64,000 bases of DNA from an uncultured Candidatus Binatia bacterium (lineage in GTDB: Bacteria; Desulfobacterota; Binatia; UBA9968; JAJDTQ01): the NCBI GenBank assembly GCA_964291295.2, contig OZ219754.1:1952001-2016000 (forward strand), in the 5' to 3' direction. Both the position numbers and the translations under genes were made by a program. Every line of letters starts with the position of its first letter. Positions within the stretch are counted from its first letter, which is position 1. The notes beneath the pieces were generated by a model, which was not told the DNA's origin, did not search any database, and saw only the letters and a program-made list of their open reading frames with translations. Shown piece by piece: positions 39,645-49,725 of the stretch.

Positions 39645-40736
39645 TCAGATACCGTAGAAGCTCCCGGGGTTGTCCTGGGTGATCTTCCTCACCGCCTGGT
39701 GGGAAATATCGCCCCGGTCGGCGCGCTGCTTGAGGAGGTTCACGAAGTCCATCTCCTGGGCGGAGTCGTTGTGCGTGTAATCCGAGCCGATCAGGAGATT
39801 GTCCTCACCCGTGTGCCGGATCACGTAGTCCAGGTCCTCATCCACCTGAAACGACACGTACATTCGGTTGCGCTTCAGGATGTCCTGCGGCATCTCCTCG
39901 ATCTCCATGGTGGAGCGCAGCACGCTGGTGGGCCTTTCCCGGTTCTTTTCCAGCCGGCGCCGGATCTCGTAGAGGACGAAGGGCACCCAGGAGGCGGTGG
40001 CCTCGATGAAGCCGAAGCGCAGGCCGGGAAACCGGTCCGGCACGCCGTGGACGATCATGGACTGGAACGCGTGCACCACCGGCAACAGGATGCGGTAGAA
40101 GCGGCTGAAGGTGAACTCCCGCGCCGGGGTGAAGTCCGGCACTCCCGAGCCGGTGTGGAAGCAGATGGGCATGTCGAGCTTCTCCGCCTCCTCGTACAGC
40201 GGAAAGAAGTAGGGGTCGTTGGCCCACACGCCGGCTTCCCGGTCGCCCTTCTTGAGCACGCCGCAGGCGCCGTGCTCCCTGGCCACGCGCATTTCCTCCA
40301 GGGCCGCGTCCATGTTCAGGGTCGGAGGCAGCATGACATAGCGCAGCCGCCCCCCGGACTCGGCCCAACGCGCGGCCATCCAGCGGTTGTAGCTGCGCCG
40401 CAACGCCAGTTCGACGTCCGGCTTGTCGGTGAACTCCACCAGGAAAAGGGTGGGATACATCACCTGGAAGTCCACGCCCATGCGGTCCATGTCCTGCAGG
40501 CGCCGCGGCACGTCCTTGAGCTCCCGGGCGCCCTCGGTGGTGTGGGTCTCGTCGTCCTTGCGCACGAAGCGGAGCTGCCGTTTGCCGTCGATCATCCAGT
40601 AGCGCACGGTGGCATTGCCGGCGTCCTGGTTTCTCGGGTAGGCGGTGGTGGGCCGGAGGCTCGCGTCGCCGCCGCGCATGAATGCCCAGGTATCCTCGGT
40701 CTCGTCCACGTGGGTATCGGCATCGATGACTGCCAT
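39645..40736 (-). CDS. Amidohydrolase_2 family, DxH type
   Basis: IDADTHV, QVMYPT, YNRW, PICFH, FGFIEA and GSDYTH. Confidence 0.85.
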   Translation of the reverse strand: MAVIDADTHVDETEDTWAFMRGGDASLRPTTAYPRNQDAGNATVRYWMIDGKRQLRFVRKDDETHTTEGARELKDVPRRLQDMDRMGVDFQVMYPTLFLVEFTDKPDVELALRRSYNRWMAARWAESGGRLRYVMLPPTLNMDAALEEMRVAREHGACGVLKKGDREAGVWANDPYFFPLYEEAEKLDMPICFHTGSGVPDFTPAREFTFSRFYRILLPVVHAFQSMIVHGVPDRFPGLRFGFIEATASWVPFVLYEIRRRLEKNRERPTSVLRSTMEIEEMPQDILKRNRMYVSFQVDEDLDYVIRHTGEDNLLIGSDYTHNDSAQEMDFVNLLKQRADRGDISHQAVRKITQDNPGSFYGI

Positions 40737-40757
40737 GATCGCCTCCGGGTCGATGAA

Positions 40758-41186
40758 TCAGCGGGGCTTGAACTTCGGCAGGCTTATCGCGTCGCTGGCC
40801 GGTTCGAACACCACCACCACCTCCATGCCGATGGTCACATCGTCCACCGGGCAACCCACGATGTTGGTGTAGTAGCGGGGGCCCTCCGCCAGGTCCACCC
40901 AGGCAATGACGTAGGGGATGTCCTTTTCGAAGGCGCGCGCGCCGCGCCCCGCCAACTGGCGGATGATGGTGAAGGAGTAGACCGTGCCGCGGCCGCTGAG
41001 CTCCCGCCAGTCGAGCGCCTCGCCGCCGCACTCCATGCACGCCGGACGGGGGCACCAGACGAAGTGGCCGCACGAACGGCACTGTGGCATCACCAGCCGG
41101 CCGTCCCTGGCGGCCTGCCAGAACGGCGCCGTGAGTTCGGTCGTCTCCGGCAGCGGGCGGCGCGGCGGCCGCGAAGCGTCAGCCAT
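40758..41186 (-). CDS. DUF35 Zn-ribbon/OB-fold protein (thiolase partner)
   Basis: PFW.AA..G.L, CxxC...CxxC, SGRGTVYSFT and PY...VDLAEG. Confidence 0.9.
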   Translation of the reverse strand: MADASRPPRRPLPETTELTAPFWQAARDGRLVMPQCRSCGHFVWCPRPACMECGGEALDWRELSGRGTVYSFTIIRQLAGRGARAFEKDIPYVIAWVDLAEGPRYYTNIVGCPVDDVTIGMEVVVVFEPASDAISLPKFKPR

Positions 41187-41192
41187 GGTGGT

Positions 41193-42389
41193 TCAACCGT
41201 TGTCGTTGCTCAGGATCGCCACGGCGGTGGAGCCAAGATTCTTGCCGTAGGGGAGGCCGCCCAGACCGGTGACCAGACCGGTGCGGGCGTTGGCCACCTG
41301 CCGTTCGCCGCCGTCGCCCCGCAGTTGGGTGACGGCCTCCAGGATATGGACCATGCCGCCGGCGGTGGACGGCTGCCCGCAGTTGATCATGCCGCCGCCG
41401 GTCTGGATCGGCAGCGCGCCCCGGAAGGTGAAGTCGGTGGTCTCGAAGTACCGGGTGTCGCCCTTTTCGCAGAAACCCAGATCCTCCATCTGCATCAGTT
41501 CGATGATCACGTAGTCGTCGTACAGCTCCGCGAAGTCGATGTCGCCGTGGGTCACGCCGGCCATGTCGAAGGCCCGGGCACCGGCGTCCTTCACCCCCAT
41601 CATCAGCGCGTTGGAGTGGGTGCGGGGGCCGTAGCTGGGATTGACCTGTTCGCCGAAGCCCATGAGGTATGCCGGTTTCCGGCCCCGCATGGCGACGGCC
41701 TCCTGCGCGGAGGTTAGGATGAAGGCCTTGCCGCCGTTGGCGGGCATGACGCAGTCCAGCAGCCGCACCGGATCGGCCACCCTGCGGGAGTTCCTGTAGT
41801 CCTCCAGGGTGAGGGGCTTCCGGAGATAGGCGTTGGGGTTGAGCGATGCATGGTAACGGGCGGTCACCGCGATGTTGCCCAGCGCCTCCAGGGTCGTGCC
41901 GTACTCGTACATGTGACGCCGCATCACCAGCGCGATGGCGCTGTTGGCGCCCATGAGGCCGTAGGGCATCTCGAAGTCGCGGTTGTCGCGGGGCTCGACT
42001 CCGGGGTGGGTCTCCACGAACGCGGCCGAGGCGGCCACGCAGAGGACCCGTTCCACCAACCCGGCCTGAATCGCCGCCGCCGCCTGCCCCAGCGCCGACA
42101 CGGTGGCGGCGCCGCCGTTGGCGTTGGCCAGGGCCAGGCCCGGCGCGATGCCGAGTATCGAGGCGGTCTCCTCCGGCCAGAAGGGTTGCAGGTAGTTGGT
42201 GGTGTAGATGGCGGTCAGCCCTTGGCCGTCGAAATCCTTGCGTTCGAGCCCGGCATCCTCCATGGCCAGCCGCGCGGCCCAGGTCAGGTATTCCGGGATG
42301 GTCCGGCGCCGCTCCCCCGGGCGCCGGCCCAAGCGGTCCACCGGGGTCTCGCCGATGCCGACGATGGCGGTGCGGCCGCGAATGCTCAT
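41193..42389 (-). CDS. Thiolase-fold protein (SCP2/Ltp2-like) lacking the nucleophilic Cys
   Basis: AIVGIGET, NPNA, LLDC, ELYDDY, TGGG and EAVTQLRG..GERQV; NANGGAAT where thiolases have CxSG. Confidence 0.88.
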   Translation of the reverse strand: MSIRGRTAIVGIGETPVDRLGRRPGERRRTIPEYLTWAARLAMEDAGLERKDFDGQGLTAIYTTNYLQPFWPEETASILGIAPGLALANANGGAATVSALGQAAAAIQAGLVERVLCVAASAAFVETHPGVEPRDNRDFEMPYGLMGANSAIALVMRRHMYEYGTTLEALGNIAVTARYHASLNPNAYLRKPLTLEDYRNSRRVADPVRLLDCVMPANGGKAFILTSAQEAVAMRGRKPAYLMGFGEQVNPSYGPRTHSNALMMGVKDAGARAFDMAGVTHGDIDFAELYDDYVIIELMQMEDLGFCEKGDTRYFETTDFTFRGALPIQTGGGMINCGQPSTAGGMVHILEAVTQLRGDGGERQVANARTGLVTGLGGLPYGKNLGSTAVAILSNDNG

Positions 42390-42578
42390 GAGGAAAAGTC
42401 TGCCTGGAAACGCTTCAGGATCATGTGATGGAATGCTCCGGATATCGGTTGAGTCAGGGAATCTCGACCACTGTGTAGATGCGTTCGGCCATGGTGCGGT
42501 GCCTGCGGGAATGTTGCGGCGGCAGGGCGCGTCATCCAGAATTGTCATCCGGAACCTGGGGAAGGCACTAGCGCGCCT

Positions 42579-42608
42579 TTGCGTTGGCGTCAAGGGTGTG
42601 GATATAAT
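42579..42608 (+). promoter_or_regulatory. Sigma70 promoter of fumarase
   Basis: TTGCGT, 18 bp, then TATAAT (42603-42608). Confidence 0.6.
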
Positions 42609-42701
42609 TTCCCCCGCGTGCGTGCGCCGGTCACCGGTCCCGGGGGAGTCCTGTCGTGGTTCGGGCGCGGGCCCGCCGAGAACCCGGAGAGAGGCGATTT
42701 C

Positions 42702-44315
42702 ATGGCAGAGTTCAGATTCCAGCCCATTTTCGAGTTGGGTGAGGACACCACCGAGTACCGCAGTCTGGGTAAGGAAGGGGTGTCCGAGATGGTGGTGGAC
42801 GGACGGTCGATTCTGAAGGTCGATGCCGGCGTGCTGCGCAGGCTCACCGCCGAGGCCATCCACGACATCTCCCATCTCTTCCGGCCCACCCACCTGGCCC
42901 GGCTGCGGGCGATTCTCGAAGACCCCGAGGCATCGGACAACGACCGCTTCGTGGCGGTCCAGCAACTCAAGAACGCCAACATCGCCGCGGGCGGCGTGTT
43001 GCCGGCGTGCCAGGACACGGGCACCGCCATCGTCATCGGCAAGAAGGGGGAGAACGTCTTCACCGGCGCCAACGACGAGGAGGCTTTTTCCGCCGGTGTC
43101 TACGATGTCTTCACCGGCACCAGTCTCCGCTACTCGCAACTCGCGCCCCTGACCTTCTACGAGGAGAAGAACACCGGCACCAACCTGCCGGCCCAGGTGG
43201 AAATCTACGCCACGCCGGGGGACGCTTACGAGCTCCTGTTCATCACCAAGGGGGGCGGTTCCGCCAACAAGTCTTTCCTGTACCAGCAGACGCCCGCGCT
43301 GCTCAACGAGGCCTCCCTGATCGGGTTCCTGGAGCAGCAGATGAAGACCATCGGCACCGCCGCCTGCCCGCCCTACTACCTGGTCATCGTGGTGGGCGGC
43401 CTGTCCGCGGAGTTCAACCTCAAGACCGTCAAGCTGGCGAGCACGCGCTACCTGGACGGGCTTCCCACCACCGGCAACGAGTACGGGCGGGCGTTCCGCG
43501 ACCCGAACCTGGAGTCCCGGTTGCAGGCCATCAGTCACCGGATGGGCGTGGGCGCGCAGTTCGGCGGCAAATACTTCACCCACGAGGTGCGGGTGATCCG
43601 TTTGCCCCGCCACGGCGCCTCCTGTCCGGTGGGCATCGGCGTCTCGTGCTCCGCCGACCGCCAGGCCCGGGCGAAGATCACCCGGGACGGCGTGTTCCTC
43701 GAGCGACTGGAGACCGATCCCGCGAAGTACCTGCCGGACTTCCTCGGGGAGGACGACGCCGGCGCGGTGGTGAGCGTCGACCTGAGCCGGCCCATGGACG
43801 AGATCCGCGCCACCCTGTCGAAGCATCCCGTCAAGACCCGACTGTCGCTGAACGGCACCATTGTCGTGGCCCGGGACCTGGCCCACGCGCGGCTCAAGGA
43901 GCGGCTCGACGCCGGCGAACCCTTGCCGGACTACTTCAAGGACCATGTCGTCTACTATGCCGGTCCGGCCAAGACCCCGGAGGGTTACGCCTCCGGCTCC
44001 TTCGGCCCCACCACCGCCGGACGCATGGACTCCTACGTCGACCTGTTCCAGTCCCGCGGCGGCAGCCTGGTCTCGCTGGCCAAGGGCAACCGTTCGCGGC
44101 AGGTGACCGATGCGTGCAGGAAGCACGGAGGCTTTTACCTGGGCTCCATCGGCGGTCCGGCCGCGGTGCTGGCCAAGGACAATATCAAGCGCGTGGAGGT
44201 GCTGGACTATCCCGAACTGGGTATGGAAGCGGTGTGGAAGATCGAGGTCGAGAACTTCCCGGCGTTCATCATCGTGGACGACAAGGGCAACGATTTTTTC
44301 GCCGGGTTGCAGTAG
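42702..44315 (+). CDS. fumA: Class I (Fe-S) fumarate hydratase
   Basis: [35 protein letters not shown] and LGMEAVW. Confidence 0.93.
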   Translation: MAEFRFQPIFELGEDTTEYRSLGKEGVSEMVVDGRSILKVDAGVLRRLTAEAIHDISHLFRPTHLARLRAILEDPEASDNDRFVAVQQLKNANIAAGGVLPACQDTGTAIVIGKKGENVFTGANDEEAFSAGVYDVFTGTSLRYSQLAPLTFYEEKNTGTNLPAQVEIYATPGDAYELLFITKGGGSANKSFLYQQTPALLNEASLIGFLEQQMKTIGTAACPPYYLVIVVGGLSAEFNLKTVKLASTRYLDGLPTTGNEYGRAFRDPNLESRLQAISHRMGVGAQFGGKYFTHEVRVIRLPRHGASCPVGIGVSCSADRQARAKITRDGVFLERLETDPAKYLPDFLGEDDAGAVVSVDLSRPMDEIRATLSKHPVKTRLSLNGTIVVARDLAHARLKERLDAGEPLPDYFKDHVVYYAGPAKTPEGYASGSFGPTTAGRMDSYVDLFQSRGGSLVSLAKGNRSRQVTDACRKHGGFYLGSIGGPAAVLAKDNIKRVEVLDYPELGMEAVWKIEVENFPAFIIVDDKGNDFFAGLQ

Positions 44316-44386
44316 ACGGTCCGGAAGGAACGGCGGGGGGCGTCCGCCAACACGCATGACCCGTCCGCGGGGGAAGGGAGCAGGAC

Positions 44387-45487
44387 ATGAGCGGCAACGG
44401 CAAGCCATTGATCGTGGATTCGGACGCACACGTGGTGGAGTGCGACCGCACCTGGGACTATCTCGAACCCTCGGAGCGGCAGTACCGCCCGGTGCCGCTG
44501 GCGTCCCCGGAGGAGAACGGCACCGCACTCCAGTTCTGGCTGGTGGACGGCAAGGTGCGGGGGTTCCGGTTCCCGGCATTCTCGGAGGAGGAATTGCAGC
44601 GGCGACAGCAGCAGGTGGGGCGAAAGTTCGCCGAGGCCCGGGAGGCCCGCGAACTCGGCAACGTGGCGCTGCGGCTGGAGCACATGGACGCCACCGGGGT
44701 GGACGTGCAGGTGCTGCACAACACCATGTTCATCGAGCAGGTGACGGAACGGGCGCCGGTGGAGGTGGCGCTGTGCGGGAGCTGGAACCGCTGGCTGGCG
44801 GACATCGGATCCCGGTCCGACGGGCGGCTGCGGTGGTCGTGCCTGGCGCCCACCCTGAGCATGTCGGACGCCCTGGACCAGATCCGCTTCTCCCGGGAGC
44901 ATGGCGCCTGCGCCGTGCTCATGCGGCCGGTGGAGGGCAACCGCCTGCTGGCGGACCCGTATTTCTATCCCATTTACGAGCAGGCCAGCCGGCTGGACAT
45001 GGCCATCGCCGTGCACATCGCCAACGGCAGCGCCTGGCTCAATGACCTGTACAGCCATCCGGTCAGGCTGGGGGCCACGTTCCATCGCTTCCGCATCCCG
45101 ACCGTGGGCGGCTTTGCCGACGTGCTCTTCAGCGAGGTGCCGGAGCTGTTCCCGAATCTGCGCTGGGGTTTCATCGAGGCCAGCGCCCAGTGGCTGCCCT
45201 GGATCCTTCACGAGGTCCGCAACCGTTTCCGGACCATGGGGCGGGAGTGGCCCGACAACCCCATGGAGTCGTTCCGGATGTTCGTGACCTGCGAGAACAC
45301 CGACGACCTGCCGTACATCGTGCGGCAGACCGGTGAGGACGGCCTGGTCATCGGTACGGACTATGGCCACACGGACACCTCCAGCGACGTCGATGCCATC
45401 AGGGTCTTCCGGGAACGCACGGACCTGACCGAAAACGTGAAGCGAAAGATCCTGAGCGACAACGCGCGCCGACTCTACGGGCTGTAG
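44387..45487 (+). CDS. Amidohydrolase_2 family, DxH type (third paralog)
   Basis: VDSDAHV, WNRW, AVH, WGFIEA and GTDYGH. Confidence 0.85.
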   Translation: MSGNGKPLIVDSDAHVVECDRTWDYLEPSERQYRPVPLASPEENGTALQFWLVDGKVRGFRFPAFSEEELQRRQQQVGRKFAEAREARELGNVALRLEHMDATGVDVQVLHNTMFIEQVTERAPVEVALCGSWNRWLADIGSRSDGRLRWSCLAPTLSMSDALDQIRFSREHGACAVLMRPVEGNRLLADPYFYPIYEQASRLDMAIAVHIANGSAWLNDLYSHPVRLGATFHRFRIPTVGGFADVLFSEVPELFPNLRWGFIEASAQWLPWILHEVRNRFRTMGREWPDNPMESFRMFVTCENTDDLPYIVRQTGEDGLVIGTDYGHTDTSSDVDAIRVFRERTDLTENVKRKILSDNARRLYGL

Positions 45488-45732
45488 CGCCGGCCGCCCG
45501 GCCCGGGCCGACCCCTGCCGGTTGCATTGTCCCGTCGGCATTGTTCCGCCCCGCAAGCGAGGCCTGTCCGTGGAGCCGCTTCCATGGACCGGCCGTGGAG
45601 AGGGGCGAAGAAGCAGGCCTTGACCTCTGTGCCAGGGTCCTCCCCCTTTGCCGTGGGTTCCCGTGACCATGGATCCCCGTACCAGGGCCCGGGCGTTCAC
45701 GGCGCTTCCGCCGGCTCTTGCCGCGCCCGCTG

Positions 45733-47208
45733 TCAGGCCCGCCGCCGGTTCGTGGAGCTACCGCCCCTGGCCGCGATCAGCGTGAACGCCAGCGCGCTCA
45801 ACCCCAGGCCCGCCGCCGTGGTGTAGGCGTCGCCGTAGCCCTCCATGAACGCTCCCAGGAGTCGTGGATGATCTGCCAGGTTCAGGGCGGCCAAGTCCCG
45901 GGGTGCGGATTCGCTGGTGACCGCCGCCAGTCGCATGCCGACGAAGGCGGTGGCCGCGGCGGTGCCCAGGGAGCGCCCGACGCTTCGAACGATGGAGATG
46001 ACGGAGGAAGCGATGCCAAGGCGCTCCGGGGGCACGGCGCCGATGAGAGAGTGATTGTTGGGTGTCTGGAACAGCCCCAGGCCGACGCCGAGCAGCGCCA
46101 GGCGTGGAACGATCTCGGCAGGGCCGGAATCCGCGCCCAGCAGGCTCATGCCGTACATGGCCAGGGCCACCACCGCGGCGCCGCCGGCGGCCGGCAGGGT
46201 GGAGCCGACGCGGTCGGTGAGCCAACCGGCCGAAGGCGACACCACCATGAGCACCAGTGCCGTGGCGGTCATCAGGCTGCCCGCCTCCAGCGGGTCCATG
46301 CGCAGTACGAACTGGAGCAGAAACGGCATCATCAGTTCGTTGGTGCTCAGGGCCACGAAGGTGGCCAGTCGCGCGATGTTGCCGGCGGCGAAGGGTACGA
46401 TGCGGAGCAGCCCGAGGTCGAGGATGGGGTAGGGGCAGGTGGCTTCCCGCCGGACGAACAACGCCGCGAAGAGCGCGCTCAACAGGAAACCCCGGTAACC
46501 CAGGCCCCCTCGGGTGATTCCCAGCAACAGGAATGTCAGGGCGACGGCAAACAGGCCGGCGCCGGCGACATCGAAGGGCTCCCGCGCCGTCCGCCCGCCC
46601 GCTCCCCTGTCGTCCTGCAGGAGAAAGCGGGCGGCGGCGAGGCCGATGAACGACAGGGCGCCGGACACGAAGAAGATGAAACGCCATCCCAGGGTGTAGG
46701 TGATGAACCCGCCCACCACCGGCCCCAGGGTAAAGCCGATGGCGGAGACCAGGCCGCCGGACAGGCCCATGGCCCGGCCCCGGTCGGAGCCGGTGAACAG
46801 GGATGCGGTGAGGGCGAAGGTGTTGGTCATCATCAGGGCGGCGCCCACGGCCTGCCCCACGCGGCCGGCCATGAGCGGCGCCGGTCCCTGGGAAAGGCCG
46901 GCGAGCATGGAGGCGACGCCGTAGATCAGGAAGCCGGCACAAAAGGTGATCTTGCGCCCGAGCAGGTCCGAAAGCCTGCCGCAGGGCAGGTAGAGAGCCC
47001 CGGTGACCAGCGCGTAGATGAAGACGATCCAGCCGGCAAAAGTGATGTCCGTGCGGAACTCGGTTATGATGACTGGCAGGCTTATGGTAAGCATGCCGAC
47101 ATCCGTGGTGGCGATGAAGACGGAGATGACCACCACCCAAAGCGCCCACCAGCGGTGGTTGGGGCCGAAGATGCGGTTGTCGATGAAGTCTCTGAGCCAA
47201 GGCGTCAT
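45733..47208 (-). CDS. MFS transporter, DHA2 (14-TMS drug:H+ antiporter)-like
   Basis: GRLSDLLGRK motif A, GPVVGG motif C, DVAGA and QTPNN; about 14 hydrophobic segments. Confidence 0.88.
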   Translation of the reverse strand: MTPWLRDFIDNRIFGPNHRWWALWVVVISVFIATTDVGMLTISLPVIITEFRTDITFAGWIVFIYALVTGALYLPCGRLSDLLGRKITFCAGFLIYGVASMLAGLSQGPAPLMAGRVGQAVGAALMMTNTFALTASLFTGSDRGRAMGLSGGLVSAIGFTLGPVVGGFITYTLGWRFIFFVSGALSFIGLAAARFLLQDDRGAGGRTAREPFDVAGAGLFAVALTFLLLGITRGGLGYRGFLLSALFAALFVRREATCPYPILDLGLLRIVPFAAGNIARLATFVALSTNELMMPFLLQFVLRMDPLEAGSLMTATALVLMVVSPSAGWLTDRVGSTLPAAGGAAVVALAMYGMSLLGADSGPAEIVPRLALLGVGLGLFQTPNNHSLIGAVPPERLGIASSVISIVRSVGRSLGTAAATAFVGMRLAAVTSESAPRDLAALNLADHPRLLGAFMEGYGDAYTTAAGLGLSALAFTLIAARGGSSTNRRRA

Positions 47209-47355
47209 GGGGTGCGGGTGGGGAGCCGGTTCGACGTCGACTCCTCCTTCTTAGCGACTTCTCGTCCGGCACGAAAACGGTCGAAGGGAACGGTCCGGGG
47301 AGTCGCGGGACCGGGGGCGGAGCCGGCGGGAGATCGGCAGCGGGAGATCGGCGTT

Positions 47356-48789
47356 ATGGCCATCCGATCCGGCAGGAACTACATCGAATCGCTGCGCGAC
47401 GGCCGTGAGGTCTGGCATGCGGGGAAGCGTATCGAGGATGTGACCCTCCATCCCGGCTTCACCGGCACCCTCAGGACCCTTGCGGCGCTGTACGACCGCC
47501 AGGCGTCGGCGGAGGACGGCGAGACCATGACGGCGGTGCGGGACGGCGAGCGTATCGCCTGCAGCTATCTGCCGCCCGCCAACGCGGAAGAGCTGCGCGC
47601 CAAGCGCGGCAACATCGAGTTCTGGTCGCGGGCGACCTTCGGCCTGATGGGGCGCTACCCGGAGTTCTGCGCCGAACTGGTGGTGGGGCTGCTGGACTTC
47701 GCCGATACCTTGGCCGCCCACGACCCGCGCTGGGGCCGCAACGCGCGCGCCTATTACCGTCATTGCATCGCCGGGGATCTCTGTCTGACCCATGCCCTGA
47801 CCGACCAGTTCCACGACCGCTCGAAGCGCGTGAGCGAGCAGCGCGACCCGGACCTGGTTCTCCACATTGTCGGCGAGACCTCCGAGGGGCCCATGGTCCG
47901 GGGTCTGCGCAACCTCGCCACGCTGGCGCCGCTGTCCGACGAGGCGCTGGTCTATCCCATCCGCCCGCGGGACGTGGACGAGCCGGACTACGCCATCGCG
48001 TTCGCCATCCCCATGAATGCCCCGGGGCTCAGGATCATCTGCCGGGATCTGTACGCCGAACACGCCGACCCGGAGCGGTTCCCGCTCACCACGCGTTTCG
48101 ACGAGGTGGACGCCACGCTGGTGTTCGACGACGTGGTGGTGCCCTGGGAGCGGGTCTTTGCCTACCGTGCACCGGAACTGGTGGCGGGCTTTCACCGGAA
48201 CATCCAGACTTGGGCCCAGTACGCCACCATGGTGCGCCTCATCACCCGGCTGGAGACGTTCCTCGGCGTCGCGCAACTGCTGTCGGCGTGGTCCGGCCGG
48301 GACCGGACGCCCCACTCCCAGGTCGGGCTGGCGACCTTCATCAAGGATCTGGAGATCCAGCGCGACGGCATCGAAATCGCCGAAAACCGGGGGTACCGGA
48401 CTGCGGGCGGCTTCTGGGCGCCGCGCCTCAGCCCTTCCTACCGGATACACGGTATCGAGGCGTCGGACCGCGCCGAGGAGAACATGGAGAGCCTGCTCAC
48501 CAGTTCGCTGGTGCTCACCGGCGGCGGCTCGGACCTGACCGCGGGCGAACTGGGGCCGCTGGTGGACCGCTATTTCCGCGGCCTGGCGCCCACCACCCGG
48601 GAGCACCTGCGCCTGCTGGCGGTGGCCGCGGATCTGGTCATGACCCCCTTCGGCAAGCGCGGGCAACTCTATGAGCGGCTGCAGAGCGGCGAGGTGGACA
48701 ACATGAAGCGGCGCCTCCACGCGCAGTTCAAGGAGCGCGACGGCGCCGACCGGCTGCTGGCGTTCATCAACCAGGACTGGTCCGCGTAG
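47356..48789 (+). CDS. 4-hydroxyphenylacetate 3-hydroxylase (HpaB)-like FADH2-dependent monooxygenase
   Basis: YIESLRDGREVW..G..IEDV..HP, GLMGR.P, DRS, F.IP.NAPGLRIICR and RFDEVDA.LVFDDV.VPWERVF; start re-picked at 47356. Confidence 0.82.
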   Translation: MAIRSGRNYIESLRDGREVWHAGKRIEDVTLHPGFTGTLRTLAALYDRQASAEDGETMTAVRDGERIACSYLPPANAEELRAKRGNIEFWSRATFGLMGRYPEFCAELVVGLLDFADTLAAHDPRWGRNARAYYRHCIAGDLCLTHALTDQFHDRSKRVSEQRDPDLVLHIVGETSEGPMVRGLRNLATLAPLSDEALVYPIRPRDVDEPDYAIAFAIPMNAPGLRIICRDLYAEHADPERFPLTTRFDEVDATLVFDDVVVPWERVFAYRAPELVAGFHRNIQTWAQYATMVRLITRLETFLGVAQLLSAWSGRDRTPHSQVGLATFIKDLEIQRDGIEIAENRGYRTAGGFWAPRLSPSYRIHGIEASDRAEENMESLLTSSLVLTGGGSDLTAGELGPLVDRYFRGLAPTTREHLRLLAVAADLVMTPFGKRGQLYERLQSGEVDNMKRRLHAQFKERDGADRLLAFINQDWSA

Positions 48790-48791
48790 CG

Positions 48792-49712
48792 GTGCACCGG
48801 ATCCTCGAGCGCGCCCGGTCCGTCGCCGGGATGAGTTCCTTCCGGGGCGGCATCGGCAGCCGGGCCAGCCGGGCGGCGGCGCTGTCGTTTCGTCCCGGGC
48901 CCGCGGACGTCTTCATCGCCACCTTTCCCAAGTGCGGCACCACGTGGCTGCAACAAGTAGTGCACGGGCTCCGGACCCGGGGCTCCATGGACTTTGACGA
49001 GATCACCCTGGTGGTGCCGTGGCTCGAGCTGGCCCTGGACCTCGGCCTGGATCCCGAGGCGCCGCAGGTGGCCGAGCCCCGGGCCTTCAAGAGCCACCTG
49101 AACTGGCACGATATCCCCAAGGGCGGGCGCTACATCTCGATGGTGCGGGACCCCGGGGATGTCCTGGTGTCCATGTACCACTTCCACGAGGGCTGGCGTT
49201 TCGAGGCCGGCGCCATCGCCTTGGAGGACTACGCCCGCAACTTCTTCCTGGCCCCCGGGCGCAACCGTGGCTACTGGAAATACGTGGCGTCGTGGTGGCC
49301 GCAACGCGGCCGCGGCGACGTGTTGCTGTTGAGCTACGAGGCCGCCCTGGCGGACGTGCCGGGGCTGGTCCGGCGTGTCGCCCGGTTCATCGGGTGTCCG
49401 CTGGACGAGGACTTGCTGGAGGTGGTGGTGAGGCAATCCGGCATCGAGTTCATGAAGGCCCATGGCTCGCGGTTTGACGACCACGCGGTGCGCAACGCGC
49501 GCAACGCCGCCAACGGTCTTCCCCCCGGAGGCTCATCGTCCAAGCTGAGAAACGGACGGGTGGGCGACCATGCCGGCAGGTTGCCGCCGGACGTGCGTGC
49601 GGCCCTCCACCGCATCTGGCGTGAAGAGATGGCCGGCCGTTTCGGGCTCGCTTCCTACCGGGACATGGTCGCCGCCCTCGGTCCTGTCAGCGGCGCACCG
49701 GCGCTGGCGTAA
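48792..49712 (+). CDS. PAPS-dependent sulfotransferase
   Basis: 5'-PSB loop ATFPKCGTTW, KSH, 3'-PB RDPGDVLVSMY, YE and C-terminal R.G.VGD. Confidence 0.9.
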   Translation: MHRILERARSVAGMSSFRGGIGSRASRAAALSFRPGPADVFIATFPKCGTTWLQQVVHGLRTRGSMDFDEITLVVPWLELALDLGLDPEAPQVAEPRAFKSHLNWHDIPKGGRYISMVRDPGDVLVSMYHFHEGWRFEAGAIALEDYARNFFLAPGRNRGYWKYVASWWPQRGRGDVLLLSYEAALADVPGLVRRVARFIGCPLDEDLLEVVVRQSGIEFMKAHGSRFDDHAVRNARNAANGLPPGGSSSKLRNGRVGDHAGRLPPDVRAALHRIWREEMAGRFGLASYRDMVAALGPVSGAPALA

Positions 49713-49725
49713 GGCACGCCGCCTC

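Noticed and set aside
40758-42389. PhlABC-type acyltransferase / DAPG cluster
   Set aside because: No PhlA/HMG-CoA-synthase-like or type III PKS gene, and the thiolase fold lacks the catalytic Cys.
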